This document shows, one piece after another, positions 31,075-41,013 of a DNA stretch of 64,000 nucleotides (positions are counted from its first letter, which is position 1; every line of letters starts with the position of its first letter). The stretch covers positions 224,001 to 288,000 of the forward strand of contig CAVYNY010000022.1 of the NCBI GenBank assembly GCA_963769935.1. Direction: 5' to 3'. The position numbers and the translations under genes are program-made. This stretch comes from an uncultured delta proteobacterium. GTDB taxonomy: Bacteria > Desulfobacterota > Desulfobacteria > Desulfobacterales > JAFDCJ01. The notes under the pieces were generated by a model, which was given only the letters and a program-made list of their open reading frames with translations, had not been told where the DNA came from and did not search any database.

Positions 31075-32184
31075 ATGAATGTCCCGTTTGTAGATTTGAG
31101 CCGCCAGTTCAACCCCTTGATGGCGCAATTTCAGACAGCATTCCAAAGTGTTATCGAGCGCTGTGCTTTTATTAACGGTCCGGAAGTCAAGGAATTCGAA
31201 AGGCGCATGGCCCGGCATTTGGAACTGCCGGAAGTTTGCGCTGTTTCCAATTGTACCCATGCCATCTATCTTACCCTCAAGGCCCTGGGAGTTGGAGAAG
31301 GGGACGAAGTTATCACGGTGCCCACCACCGCTTTTCCGACCAGCGAGGCCATTAACCTGGCTGGTGCGGAGGTGGTTTTTGCCGATATTGCCGCCGGATC
31401 TTATGCGCTTGATCCGAAAGCCGCCGAACAGGCCGTTACGGAAAGAACGAAGGCTATCATTCCGGTTCACCTCTACGGAATCCCGGCGGATATGGATGCA
31501 TTTATGGTGTTGGGCGATAAATACAATCTTGCTATAATCGAAGACGCTGCTCAGGCCCAGGGGGCCAGATATAAGGGCCGGCGGGTAGGCGCCATCGGCC
31601 GGGCCGGTTGTTTCAGCTTTTTTCCCTCCAAAAATTTGGGTGCCTTCGGCGACGGGGGTGCGGTGGCATCAGCGGATGCGGAGTTAATCAAAAAGGTGCG
31701 TATGATGGCCAATCATGGCCGCGAGGATAAATACAGCCACCAGCTGATCGGTACCAACAGCCGATTGGACACCCTTAAAGCCGCACAACTCATGATTTGT
31801 CTCGAATATCTGGATAAATGGAACCAGGAGAGACGCAATGCTGCTGAAATGTACGACGAACTGCTCAAGTCTTATGAAGAAATCATTCGACCCCGGGTCC
31901 CGGCGGAATGTGAAGCCGTCTGGCATGTCTATGTCATCAGATATAAAAACCGCGATAGACTGGCAGCTTTTCTGAAGGAGCAAGGAATTAACACCGGTCT
32001 TCATTATCCGCTGCCGCTGCATCGGCAGCCGGTATACGGTTATCTGGCATTGTCCGAGGGGGCATTGCCCGAAGCGGAGGCAGCCTGCCGGGAAGTTCTA
32101 TCTCTGCCGATGTTTCCGAAAATTACACCGCCGGAAATCGAAGCAGTGGCTAAGGCCATCGGCCGGTTTTTCGAATCTCAATAA
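31075..32184 (+). CDS. DegT/DnrJ/EryC1/StrS sugar aminotransferase
   Basis: IIPVHLYG, EDAAQA, FSFFPSKNLGAFGDGG, GTNSRLD. Confidence 0.93.
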   Translation: MNVPFVDLSRQFNPLMAQFQTAFQSVIERCAFINGPEVKEFERRMARHLELPEVCAVSNCTHAIYLTLKALGVGEGDEVITVPTTAFPTSEAINLAGAEVVFADIAAGSYALDPKAAEQAVTERTKAIIPVHLYGIPADMDAFMVLGDKYNLAIIEDAAQAQGARYKGRRVGAIGRAGCFSFFPSKNLGAFGDGGAVASADAELIKKVRMMANHGREDKYSHQLIGTNSRLDTLKAAQLMICLEYLDKWNQERRNAAEMYDELLKSYEEIIRPRVPAECEAVWHVYVIRYKNRDRLAAFLKEQGINTGLHYPLPLHRQPVYGYLALSEGALPEAEAACREVLSLPMFPKITPPEIEAVAKAIGRFFESQ

Positions 32185-32200
32185 ACAAAGGTTTGGCAAT

Positions 32201-32941
32201 ATGGCTAACCGAAATATAGAGATATCCGTCGTTATTCCGGTTTTCAACGAGGAAGAAAATTTAGAACCGCTGCTGGACGAGCTTTTCCCGGTCTTAAGTG
32301 AAACCGGGTCCGCGTTTGAGGTCATCTGCGTAGATGATGCCAGCACCGACAACAGTTTTGCCGTGCTGCAAAGCTTAAAAGACAAATATGCGGAATTGAG
32401 AATCATTCAACACCGGCTGAATTGCGGCGAAAGCGCCGCCGAGGCAACCGGCTTTGTCAATGCGCGCGGCGAATGGATTGTTACCATAGATGCGGATCAG
32501 CAAAATGATCCGGCCGACATCCCGGCGCTGCTCGAGGCATCCATCAATGCGGATGCGGTGTGCGGTGTTCGCCAAACGCGTGAAGATGACTGGGTCAAGC
32601 GACTTTCCTCCAGGGTTGCCAACGGGTTTCGCAACTGGGTAACCAAGGATGTAATTGCAGACGCCGGCTGCACGTTTCGGGCCATCAGAAGAGATGCACT
32701 GCGCGAGGTTCCCATTTTCAACGGTATGCACCGTTTCCTGCCGACACTGCTGCGCCTGCAGGGATTTAAGGTGGTCGAAATCCCCGTCAACCATCGCCCC
32801 CGAACCCGGGGGGAATCCAAATACGGAATCGGCAACCGCATGTTCCGCGGACTGGTCGATTGTTTCGCCATTTTATGGTTTCGCAAACGCTGTTTCCCCA
32901 CCCGACGATTTTCTCCGCACAAAGAGGCCGCAACGACGTGA
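32201..32941 (+). CDS. GT2 polyprenol-phosphate glycosyltransferase (DPM1/ArnC-like)
   Basis: SVVIPVFNEE, VDDASTD, DADQQNDP, HRFLP, HRPR..GESKY. Confidence 0.9.
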   Translation: MANRNIEISVVIPVFNEEENLEPLLDELFPVLSETGSAFEVICVDDASTDNSFAVLQSLKDKYAELRIIQHRLNCGESAAEATGFVNARGEWIVTIDADQQNDPADIPALLEASINADAVCGVRQTREDDWVKRLSSRVANGFRNWVTKDVIADAGCTFRAIRRDALREVPIFNGMHRFLPTLLRLQGFKVVEIPVNHRPRTRGESKYGIGNRMFRGLVDCFAILWFRKRCFPTRRFSPHKEAATT

Positions 32942-33705
32942 AAATCATTGACCCGCTCGGCAAATCCGCCGCACAAGCAGCAGAAAAATCCGTGCCGGAA
33001 AAAAGAGAATTACGCAAAAATCTGTTCAAGGCGATATTGCTGGCTGCTTTGCTCATTACCGTGCTCGCCATTGTTCGTTTCTCCCCCCTTGCTCAACACT
33101 TCAAGGTATCCAATATGGAGGTCCTGCAGCATAAACTGTCCGAGTTCGGCAATCTGGCGCCGTTAATCTTTCTCGTCGGGGGCGCTTTGGTGATCACCCT
33201 GGGGGTGCCCCGGGCGGTAGTAAGCATTCTGGGCGGATTGGCCTTTGGTCTCTTAGGGGGTATTTTGCTGGCCTTGTTAGCCGCTCTGCTGGGCTCCAGC
33301 ATTATTTTCCTGTTGACGAAATGGCTGGGAAGGCCCTTGTTTAAACAAAAGGTCGGCGGATATTTAAAGGCCATTGAAAATCATACCAAAACGGATGGGT
33401 TTTTTATGGTGATCATCTTGCGGCAGTTACCCTTGACCAGCCTTCTGATCAATGTGTTAATCGGTCTGACCTCCATTTCCATGGGTATTTTTATTCTGGG
33501 TTCGATTGTCGGGTTATTACCCGAAATCATAATTTTTGCGCTATTCGGCAGCAGCTTGCAGGAGAGCTTTGTCCTGCGGGTATCGATCGCTTCGACGCTG
33601 TGGATTATCCTGATCCTCGCGGTCAGGTTGTTTTTTCGACGCTCGCCCCTGGCGCAGTCCATCGCCCAAAAGCTGAAGGCGATTAAATCCGGTAATGCTA
33701 ATTAA
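32938..33705 (+). CDS. TVP38/TMEM64 (VTT, DedA superfamily) membrane protein
   Basis: Hydrophobic, GGLAFG, LGR, LRQLP; GTG start overlapping the GT2 stop (GTGA). Confidence 0.8.
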   Translation: MKIIDPLGKSAAQAAEKSVPEKRELRKNLFKAILLAALLITVLAIVRFSPLAQHFKVSNMEVLQHKLSEFGNLAPLIFLVGGALVITLGVPRAVVSILGGLAFGLLGGILLALLAALLGSSIIFLLTKWLGRPLFKQKVGGYLKAIENHTKTDGFFMVIILRQLPLTSLLINVLIGLTSISMGIFILGSIVGLLPEIIIFALFGSSLQESFVLRVSIASTLWIILILAVRLFFRRSPLAQSIAQKLKAIKSGNAN

Positions 33706-33805
33706 TCTGCTCTGAAAAATAGACTCAGTCCTTTAAACAACCACGGACAAAGGACATCAGACCACATGCATTGATCGAATTCGTTCGATCTGAAAGGGTA
33801 ATCCT

Positions 33806-34780
33806 ATGAAAATCCTGCAAATTGGAACCGGGCGCTGGGGGGCCAATCATCTGAGGGTCCTGTCCAACCTGCCCGTTGAGCTTTATGTTGCCGAAACTTC
33901 TGAACCGGCCCGGCAAAAATGCCTCGAACAGGGTATCGCAAAGGATCACATTACAGATAACTATAGAGATTATCTTGAGATTGTGTCGGCAGTCGACGTG
34001 GTGACGCCGGCTTCCAGCCATTTTTCGCTGGGCCAAGAACTGCTTGAAAATGGTAAATCGGTCTTCATCGAGAAGCCTATTGCCGAGACGGCGGACGAGG
34101 CCGTTCAACTGGCCGATCTGGCTGCGGAGCGAGAGCTGGTTCTGCAGGTGGGCCATATATTTCGCTTCGATCCCGCCACGGACTTTATCAAAGCCTATCT
34201 TCAGGGCGGCGAAATGGGAGTCGTTCAATCTCTTACCGGCATATTTTCAGGATTCAAACGGCCGCGGGCTGACGGCGGTGTCGTCATTTCAGATGCCATT
34301 CATTTTATAGATTTATTCAACTACGTGCTGGAGGCCGTACCGAATAAAGTCTTGGCCCGTTGTGAAGATTTGCTGGGAAGAGGGATGGATGACATGTCCT
34401 GGGTCTGGATGGATTATGACGGCATACCGGCCCTGGTGGAGGCCAACTATTTTTCGCCCGAGAAAAAACGCCTGATTACCATCAATGGTGACCGCGCCAC
34501 GCTGGTGTGTGATTTTACATCGTCGCAGGATAAGGTAAAAATTTACCGCAACCAGCATATCTTAGACCACGACACCTGGAAATCGGTCAGCGGAGAAATC
34601 ATCAACCAGGAGATTTCCCTGGCCGAGCCGCTTTTCCTGGAATTAAAGGAATTTATCGATTGCGTCCTGAACCGCACCAGACCGCGGGCCGATGCCCGGG
34701 CCGGGGTGGACGCCATGAAAGTGGTGGAGGCGGCCATGCGGTCACATGCCGGGGACAAGGCCATCGACCTCCAGTCCTAA
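33806..34780 (+). CDS. Gfo/Idh/MocA family oxidoreductase
   Basis: IGTGRWG, VFIEKP, QVGHIFRF, DAIHFID. Confidence 0.9.
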   Translation: MKILQIGTGRWGANHLRVLSNLPVELYVAETSEPARQKCLEQGIAKDHITDNYRDYLEIVSAVDVVTPASSHFSLGQELLENGKSVFIEKPIAETADEAVQLADLAAERELVLQVGHIFRFDPATDFIKAYLQGGEMGVVQSLTGIFSGFKRPRADGGVVISDAIHFIDLFNYVLEAVPNKVLARCEDLLGRGMDDMSWVWMDYDGIPALVEANYFSPEKKRLITINGDRATLVCDFTSSQDKVKIYRNQHILDHDTWKSVSGEIINQEISLAEPLFLELKEFIDCVLNRTRPRADARAGVDAMKVVEAAMRSHAGDKAIDLQS

Positions 34781-34883
34781 TATTCATAGGATGCGTTGAC
34801 ACGGGATGGTCTAGTATTTATCCTAGCGGTAATTGCAATAAAAAGAAAAGATTTTTACTAACATTGAAAGTCTGGTTTTCCCT

Positions 34884-34945
34884 CTCTCCGAGCTGTAGGC
34901 TCTACGAGCAGGAAGCCGGGCTGTAAGCCTACGGGCAGGAAGCCG
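34884..34945. repeat. Two adjacent or nested copies of a ~30-bp hairpin element
   Basis: ccgagctgtaggctctacgagcaggaagcc and ccgggctgtaagcctacgggcaggaagcc. Confidence 0.7.
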
Positions 34946-34998
34946 CGCCGGAATTCCTGCGGTGACAGCGGTCACCAAAATTAAAGGATTAAAATTCG

Positions 34999-35538
34999 AT
35001 GAAAACAGGCAGAGGGTCGGCAAAATTGATTGTTCAATTGAGTATTTGTTTTCTGCTGGCGGCCCTGGCAGCGGGCTGTGCGGGGAATTACGGCCGCTAT
35101 AAACTTGATGCTGAAGTCTTGCAGAGCTTTAAAGACAACCAGGTTCCGCCGGACTACAAATACTATTACTACGGTTTTGATACCAACCCCTATGCCGTGG
35201 TCGGGGTTGAAAAAAAATATAATGCCGGCTCCAACCTGTGGCGCGAAGTCGAGCCCAATTCCGAAAAATTCAAGAATATGATTCGCTGGATGTGGGCCGA
35301 TTACGGCTATTCCCCCTATGCGGCCCGAATTTTGGATCCATCCGGCAATCCGGTCGGGGTGTTGTACACGAGCATACGAGAAGTCGCCATTAAGTTTAGC
35401 GGCGATAATCGCATTATTGTAATGTTGAATACCCCTTTTCTCTGGGGACCGGCCGTAAATAATAACCCTCCCGGCCACTACGGAAGCATCGATTCAATCC
35501 ATACGCTGGCAGACCTCCGGCAGGATTCCCACCCTTAA
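34999..35538 (+). CDS. Hypothetical lipoprotein
   Basis: Signal peptide with lipobox LAAGC. Confidence 0.7.
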   Translation: MKTGRGSAKLIVQLSICFLLAALAAGCAGNYGRYKLDAEVLQSFKDNQVPPDYKYYYYGFDTNPYAVVGVEKKYNAGSNLWREVEPNSEKFKNMIRWMWADYGYSPYAARILDPSGNPVGVLYTSIREVAIKFSGDNRIIVMLNTPFLWGPAVNNNPPGHYGSIDSIHTLADLRQDSHP

Positions 35539-35665
35539 CATCAAGGCGTATCGCAAGGCCGCCGCTCACGCCATCGACGGGGCTGCGGCCGTGCGAAGTT
35601 GCGTAAATACCCCTGATATCAGAAGCTTCGTTTCCAAATGCCTCGGCTCTCAGTCCGGAGACTCA

Positions 35666-35692
35666 GGGCTCACTCAGAAATAACCTCACATT
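35666..35692 (+). mobile_element. Solo left end of the 156-bp MITE family
   Basis: tca-GGGCTCACTCAGAAATAACCTCACATT matches the MITE left TIR; no right end found. Confidence 0.65.
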
Positions 35693-35895
35693 CTCGTTTT
35701 AAATTAAAGTTTTCACCGGTTTTGCCGATTAAATTTAAGACCTGGCTCAACAGCAGATCCGGTAAATATAAGGATATGAAGTAAACGAAGCGCAAATTCG
35801 GTCGGGCCCTCAAGAAAAACGATCCCTTATTTGAATGTTTAGGGAGTGAGGACACTCGCTTTAATCAACATCTTATGTGGGAAATAAAATAAACG

Positions 35896-37536
35896 ATGAA
35901 TATGGCAAAACCGAACAATCTTATCCTAGGAAAATCCGGGAAGAATGACGGCCGCATTGGTGTTTTTGACCGCCGAGCCGCCGAGTTGACCGAATTATTG
36001 AGGGCGTGTCGAGACCTCAGTGATATTTTAAATTCCGATGAGCTTTATGCAGCATTTGTCGGGATTATCAGACATAAATTCGGGATTGCCAAGCTGGCAT
36101 TATTCGCCTTTGACCCGGAAAAAGAGACTTTTGAGCTGGTTTTCAGCTCCGGATTGGGAAAGTTGGAATATAAATTTAAAACCGGAAAGGAAAATTTATG
36201 GCAAACGATTTTGCAGGGAAAACCATTTGCCGTCGTAGACGGTTCAGGGAATCCTCTTTTCGCCAAGTTCCTGGAAAAACAGGACTTAAAGATTTTGCCC
36301 TCCGAGCTGTGGGTTCCGCTGGTCATGCGTAATGAGGTAATGGGAATTTTAACGATGGGAGACAAATCCGAAGGACATCCCTTTGACGATTTCGATCTCT
36401 ATTTTCTGCAGCAGATTACAGCCCAGGCTGCCGTTTCCATAAACACTTGCCGCATGTACGAGCGCCGTCGAAAAGAGAAAGAAGATTTGGACAACACCCT
36501 TCAAAACCTGTCGCTGCTCTACGGCATCGGCAAGGCGATGAACTACATCAGTGATCTCAAAAAGCTTCTGCAGTACATCCTGAAACAGGCGATTGATATC
36601 GCCGCGGCCGAAAAGGGCTCGCTTATGTTATACGACATTGAATCCGATCGTTTAAACATTCGGGTCCTGGCCGGGCTGGGGGATGTCGAATATCAGGACA
36701 AGGTCAATAACAACGAAATCAAATGCCGCAGTTTCAAACCGGGCGAAGGCATTGCCGGACGTGTTTTTTTAAACGCCCAGCCCATGATTGTAAATAATAT
36801 TCGCGATGACAGCCTGTTCATCGAGTCTGAAACCTCCTATGTTCGGTCCATTGCCTGTATCCCTATGGTCGTTTACAACGATGTCATCGGTGTCATCAAT
36901 GTAACCAACAAAAAAAACGGCAAAGAATTTACCGGCCTGGACATAAAGATGTTGAAAGCCGTTGCGGATCAGGCGGCGGTGGCCGTCAACAAAGCCCAGC
37001 TGTGGGATATGGCGGTTACGGATTCTCTAACCGGTCTGTATGTACGCCGCTATTTCATGGTCAAGCTGCAGGAGGAGATTCATCGGGCCGAACGATACGA
37101 CAAGATAATTTCAGTCATTATGGCGGATCTGGATCGGTTTAAAGATATCAACGACACCTATGGCCATGATGTCGGTGATCGGGCATTGGAAGCCATCAGC
37201 CAGTTTCTGCAAAAAAACATCAGAGATGTGGATACCATCGCCCGTTACGGCGGCGAAGAATTCGTTATGCTGATCCCGGATGCGGATAAGGAATCCGCCT
37301 TCAGCCTGGCCGAAAGGCTTCGCGAAGAACTTGCCCGGGTCAACCTCGACAACCTGCCGCCAATTACCATCAGTCTGGGAATTGCGACTTATCCCGCAGA
37401 CGGCACAGACATTGACGACCTGATAAAAAAAGCGGATGCTGCCATGTATGCCGCCAAAAAGGCCGGCCGCAACAATTCGGTAAAATACTCTGAAAATATA
37501 GGGCATGGGGCAAAGGGCAAGAAGGTAAGAGGGTAA
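35896..37536 (+). CDS. GAF-GAF-GGDEF diguanylate cyclase
   Basis: TDSLTGL, DLDRFKDINDTYGH, I-site RDVD, GGEEF; two GAF-like regions. Confidence 0.92.
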   Translation: MNMAKPNNLILGKSGKNDGRIGVFDRRAAELTELLRACRDLSDILNSDELYAAFVGIIRHKFGIAKLALFAFDPEKETFELVFSSGLGKLEYKFKTGKENLWQTILQGKPFAVVDGSGNPLFAKFLEKQDLKILPSELWVPLVMRNEVMGILTMGDKSEGHPFDDFDLYFLQQITAQAAVSINTCRMYERRRKEKEDLDNTLQNLSLLYGIGKAMNYISDLKKLLQYILKQAIDIAAAEKGSLMLYDIESDRLNIRVLAGLGDVEYQDKVNNNEIKCRSFKPGEGIAGRVFLNAQPMIVNNIRDDSLFIESETSYVRSIACIPMVVYNDVIGVINVTNKKNGKEFTGLDIKMLKAVADQAAVAVNKAQLWDMAVTDSLTGLYVRRYFMVKLQEEIHRAERYDKIISVIMADLDRFKDINDTYGHDVGDRALEAISQFLQKNIRDVDTIARYGGEEFVMLIPDADKESAFSLAERLREELARVNLDNLPPITISLGIATYPADGTDIDDLIKKADAAMYAAKKAGRNNSVKYSENIGHGAKGKKVRG

Positions 37537-37692
37537 GTGGTTGATAAGGGAGGAAAGCTGATAAGCTCGTAAGCTCTTAAGTTCGTGAGTAACAATTGGA
37601 TGATTTTTCACTCAACTAATCAACACAATCAACACAATCAACACAATCAATTCAATCAACTCGATGAACTCAACAAACTCAATAAACTCACA
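37500..37692. repeat. Mosaic repeat stack overlapping the cyclase 3' end
   Basis: GGGCA[T/A][G/A] 7-mers, GAAGGTAA, TAAGCTCG 8-mers, then TCAACACAA 9-mers (about x8). Confidence 0.85.
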
Positions 37693-37912
37693 TTAACCTT
37701 TCCTTTTTTTAGCATATCTATTACAATTTCACTTGTATCCGATTTCCGGGCCTGATATTGAGCTTCTCATAAATTCGCCATTCTATGTTGAATAATTATT
37801 GAATTCTGTCTTATAGATTGTCTTGCGCTCAACGCCTTTAGAGAGGCTTTCAAAAAACGGGACGCCTCAAATATTCAATATTCAATTTTCAATTTTTTTA
37901 CCGGGAGGTCAT

Positions 37913-39262
37913 ATGACGGACATAATGGATGTTATAAAAGAAAGAGACCCACAGGAAAGAGAATTTCATCAGGCGGTTCATGAAGTCGTGGAATCCGTCA
38001 AGCCGGTTTTGGATCAGAATCCGATTTATCGGCAGGCGAAGATTCCGCAAAGACTGGTGGAGCCCGAACGGGTCATCATGTTTCGGGTGCCGTGGATGGA
38101 CGATCAGGGTAATGTTCAAATCAACCGCGGCTTTCGCATCGAAATGAACAGTTCCCTGGGACCCTACAAAGGCGGGCTGCGGTTTCATCCGTCGGTTAAC
38201 CTCGGCATTCTGAAGTTTCTGGCATTTGAGCAGACCTTTAAAAATGCCCTGACCACCCTGCCGATGGGCGGCGGAAAAGGTGGCTCCGATTTTGATCCCA
38301 AGGGCAAATCCGACAACGAAGTGATGCGCTTTTGCCAGAGCTTTATGTGTGAGCTTTTTCGGCATATCGGCCCGAACACGGACGTGCCCGCTGGAGACAT
38401 CGGTGTCGGCGCCAGGGAAATCGGATATCTCTTCGGAATGTATAAAAAGCTGCGCAATGAATTTACGGGGGTTTTGACCGGCAAAGGTCTGAACTGGGGC
38501 GGCAGCCTGATCCGTCCGGAAGCCACCGGCTACGGTTCGGTCTATTTTGCCGCTGAAATGCTGGCGACCCGCAACGAAACCCTGGAAGGAAAAACCTGCC
38601 TGGTTTCAGGCTCCGGCAACGTGGCTCAATTCACCGCCGAAAAGCTCATTGAATTGGGTGGCAGGCCGGTGACCTTATCAGACTCCTCAGGGTATATTTA
38701 TGATGAAAGCGGCCTGAATGGAGAAAAGCTCGAGTATGTGAAAATCCTCAAAAATGTCCGTCGCGGACGCATTTCTGAATATGCCGACAAATATTCCTCG
38801 GCCATATACACACCGGTTGATCCGGCATTGGACCACAATCCCCTCTGGAACCATAAAGCCGACTGTGCTTTTCCCAGTGCCACCCAAAATGAAATCAACG
38901 GCCAGGATGCCCAAAACCTGATAAACAACGGCATCATCATGGTCTGTGAAGGCGCCAACATGCCGACGGTGCCCGAGGGAATCGACATTTTCAAGGATCA
39001 CAAGATCCTATACGGACCGGGCAAGGCGGCCAATGCCGGCGGGGTTTCGGTTTCCGGTTTGGAGATGACCCAAAACAGCATGCGGCTGGTCTGGACGCGC
39101 GAAGAAGTCGACAACCGCCTAAAGCTTATCATGAAAACCATTCATCGCACCTGCGTGGATGCCGCCGAGCGGTACGGGGCAGCGGGCAATTATGAGGCGG
39201 GCGCCAATATCGCCGGTTTTGTGAAGGTTGTGGATGCCATGCTGGATCAGGGGCTGGTGTAG
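37913..39262 (+). CDS. gdhA: NADP-specific glutamate dehydrogenase
   Basis: GPYKGGLRFHP, GGGKGG, DVPAGDIG, RPEATGYG, GSGNVA; start ATG 37913 after GGGAGG; AATATTC heptamers at 37869-37893 just upstream. Confidence 0.95.
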   Translation: MTDIMDVIKERDPQEREFHQAVHEVVESVKPVLDQNPIYRQAKIPQRLVEPERVIMFRVPWMDDQGNVQINRGFRIEMNSSLGPYKGGLRFHPSVNLGILKFLAFEQTFKNALTTLPMGGGKGGSDFDPKGKSDNEVMRFCQSFMCELFRHIGPNTDVPAGDIGVGAREIGYLFGMYKKLRNEFTGVLTGKGLNWGGSLIRPEATGYGSVYFAAEMLATRNETLEGKTCLVSGSGNVAQFTAEKLIELGGRPVTLSDSSGYIYDESGLNGEKLEYVKILKNVRRGRISEYADKYSSAIYTPVDPALDHNPLWNHKADCAFPSATQNEINGQDAQNLINNGIIMVCEGANMPTVPEGIDIFKDHKILYGPGKAANAGGVSVSGLEMTQNSMRLVWTREEVDNRLKLIMKTIHRTCVDAAERYGAAGNYEAGANIAGFVKVVDAMLDQGLV

Positions 39263-39395
39263 GAAGGTTAAAGGTCAAAGGCAAAAGGCTAAAGGATCCG
39301 GCAAAGGGTATGGCGCGTGGTGCATAGAGCTGAGGGCAAAGGGCAGGGGAAAAATGCCTAAATTGCCTAAAGTGAACTAAAATGCCTAAAATTTA
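39263..39395. repeat. Mosaic repeat stack directly after the gdhA stop
   Basis: AAAGG[T/C]N x5, GGGCA-type 7-mers, AAA[A/G]TGCCT 9-mers. Confidence 0.8.
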
Positions 39396-39559
39396 AATTA
39401 GGATCAGATCTATTTTTAATCTACCACGTCTAACTGCATTGTCCGCAAGGTTTAGAAAACCCCAAAAATATTCCAAACAAAAATGTTGGGTCGGCCATCG
39501 GGTCGACCCTTTGCTTTAATACAGGGTCGACAGCCGAAACGCTCTTTTTTGATAAACCC

Positions 39560-40213
39560 ATGTCTAATGTGTTGATAATCATTTTGGCGGTCATTCTGCT
39601 GGCCGGACTGCTGTATTTTGAGAAAAAGGGCAACCAGAAGGGCAGGCTGTCCACCAAAACCATCCTTTCGTGTCTCTTCATTTGCACCGCCCTGGTTCAG
39701 GCGCATCCGATTCCCGGCTACTACCATATATTGCTGCTTGGTCTGATATTTTGCCTCGGCGGCGATGTTTTCCTGGCATTGCCGCAGGACAGAATGTTCC
39801 TCATGGGGCTGGTGTCTTTTTTACTGGGCCACGTATTTTATGTGATCTGCTTTTTTTATGTCGCCGATGTCAGTCAATGGACCTGGATCGGTTGCCTGGC
39901 CGCATCGACGGTAAGCGCGCTGGTATTTTACCGGCTGCGGCCGCATCTGGGGGACATGCTGATCCCGGTCATCGCCTACATTGTCGTGATTACCGTGATG
40001 GTTGTCGGGGCCTGGACGGTGCGGAGCGATGCCGGATTGAATTATACCGGCCGGCTGCTGGTATTTGTCGGCGCCGTGAGCTTTTATCTTTCCGATCTGT
40101 TTGTGGCCCGGGACCGGTTCTTAAAATCAGAATTTGCCAACCGCCTTTTCGGTCTGCCCATTTACTACTCCGGTCAGTTTTTGCTGGCGTTTTCAGTGGG
40201 CCTTATAAAATAG
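39560..40213 (+). CDS. YhhN/lysoplasmalogenase family membrane protein
   Basis: GDVFL, FLLGHVFY, FYLSD, YYSGQ motifs. Confidence 0.85.
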   Translation: MSNVLIIILAVILLAGLLYFEKKGNQKGRLSTKTILSCLFICTALVQAHPIPGYYHILLLGLIFCLGGDVFLALPQDRMFLMGLVSFLLGHVFYVICFFYVADVSQWTWIGCLAASTVSALVFYRLRPHLGDMLIPVIAYIVVITVMVVGAWTVRSDAGLNYTGRLLVFVGAVSFYLSDLFVARDRFLKSEFANRLFGLPIYYSGQFLLAFSVGLIK

Positions 40214-40303
40214 AACTTTTTTCAATATTCTTGACTTAATAATACATTTACGCGTATTTAAATAGAAAACCATCATTTACAATTCGAAATCGAACTGATT
40301 TTT

Positions 40304-40624
40304 ATGAATCAAAATAATCTGCAAATAATTAAAGAACTGAAGCGTCTGCTATTGAAGAAATTTAGCTTTGTTTCAAAAATTATTTTATTCGGATCTCAGG
40401 CTTCCAAAGAGATTTCAAGAAGTTCAGATTTCGATATACTTATCATTGTACGCCATGATATTTCCTGGAGACAGAAGAGAGAAATTGTGGATGAAATATA
40501 TTCAATTGATCTTAAGTACAATATACTGACAGACGTTAAAATAATTTCAGAACCACAATTAAATACATTAAGGGGAAAACAACCTTTTATCCAAAATGCG
40601 CTCAAGGAGGGAATTGCTGCATGA
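40304..40624 (+). CDS. Minimal nucleotidyltransferase (MNT) antitoxin
   Basis: ILFGSQA...SDFDILI (GS-DxD), 106 aa. Confidence 0.85.
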   Translation: MNQNNLQIIKELKRLLLKKFSFVSKIILFGSQASKEISRSSDFDILIIVRHDISWRQKREIVDEIYSIDLKYNILTDVKIISEPQLNTLRGKQPFIQNALKEGIAA

Positions 40625-41007
40625 AAGATGAGGATAGAAAAGCACTCATCAAACATCGCATTTCGAAAGCAAATGATGCTATTCGAGATGTTGAATTCCT
40701 GATCAAGAGTAAAAAGCCTTTGCTTGCGATTAACAGAATCTATTACGGGATTTTTTATATATTATCAGCGTTATCCTTAAAACATGATTATCAAACCTCA
40801 AAACATCAACAACTGATTGGGTGGTTCAATAAAGAATTTGTTGCCTCCGGCAAGTTGGACCCAAAATATGGTAAGATAATTCATAATGCATATAAGAATC
40901 GGTCAACAGGTGATTATGACGATTTTGCGGAGTTTGATGAGGAGGAGGTCAAGGACTCTTTTGAAGAGATGAAGGAATTCATTGCTGCTGTTCGAGCAAT
41001 GTTGTAA
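40621..41007 (+). CDS. HEPN domain protein (UPF0332-like)
   Basis: NRIYYGIF, SKH, RSTGDY; ATGA overlap with the MNT gene. Confidence 0.85.
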   Translation: MKDEDRKALIKHRISKANDAIRDVEFLIKSKKPLLAINRIYYGIFYILSALSLKHDYQTSKHQQLIGWFNKEFVASGKLDPKYGKIIHNAYKNRSTGDYDDFAEFDEEEVKDSFEEMKEFIAAVRAML

Positions 41008-41013
41008 ATCAAC

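Noticed and set aside
37610..37692. Regular TCAACACAA array (and the other arrays) as a CRISPR or guide-RNA array
   Set aside because: Units are 7-9 bp and contiguous with no unique spacers; no cas or effector gene nearby.
37823..37912. N-terminal extensions in the ORF track for gdhA (also speB, kdpB, the kinase, the VTT and DUF1844 proteins)
   Set aside because: Extensions translate repeats or overlap neighbours; downstream starts have clear RBS or stop-start coupling.
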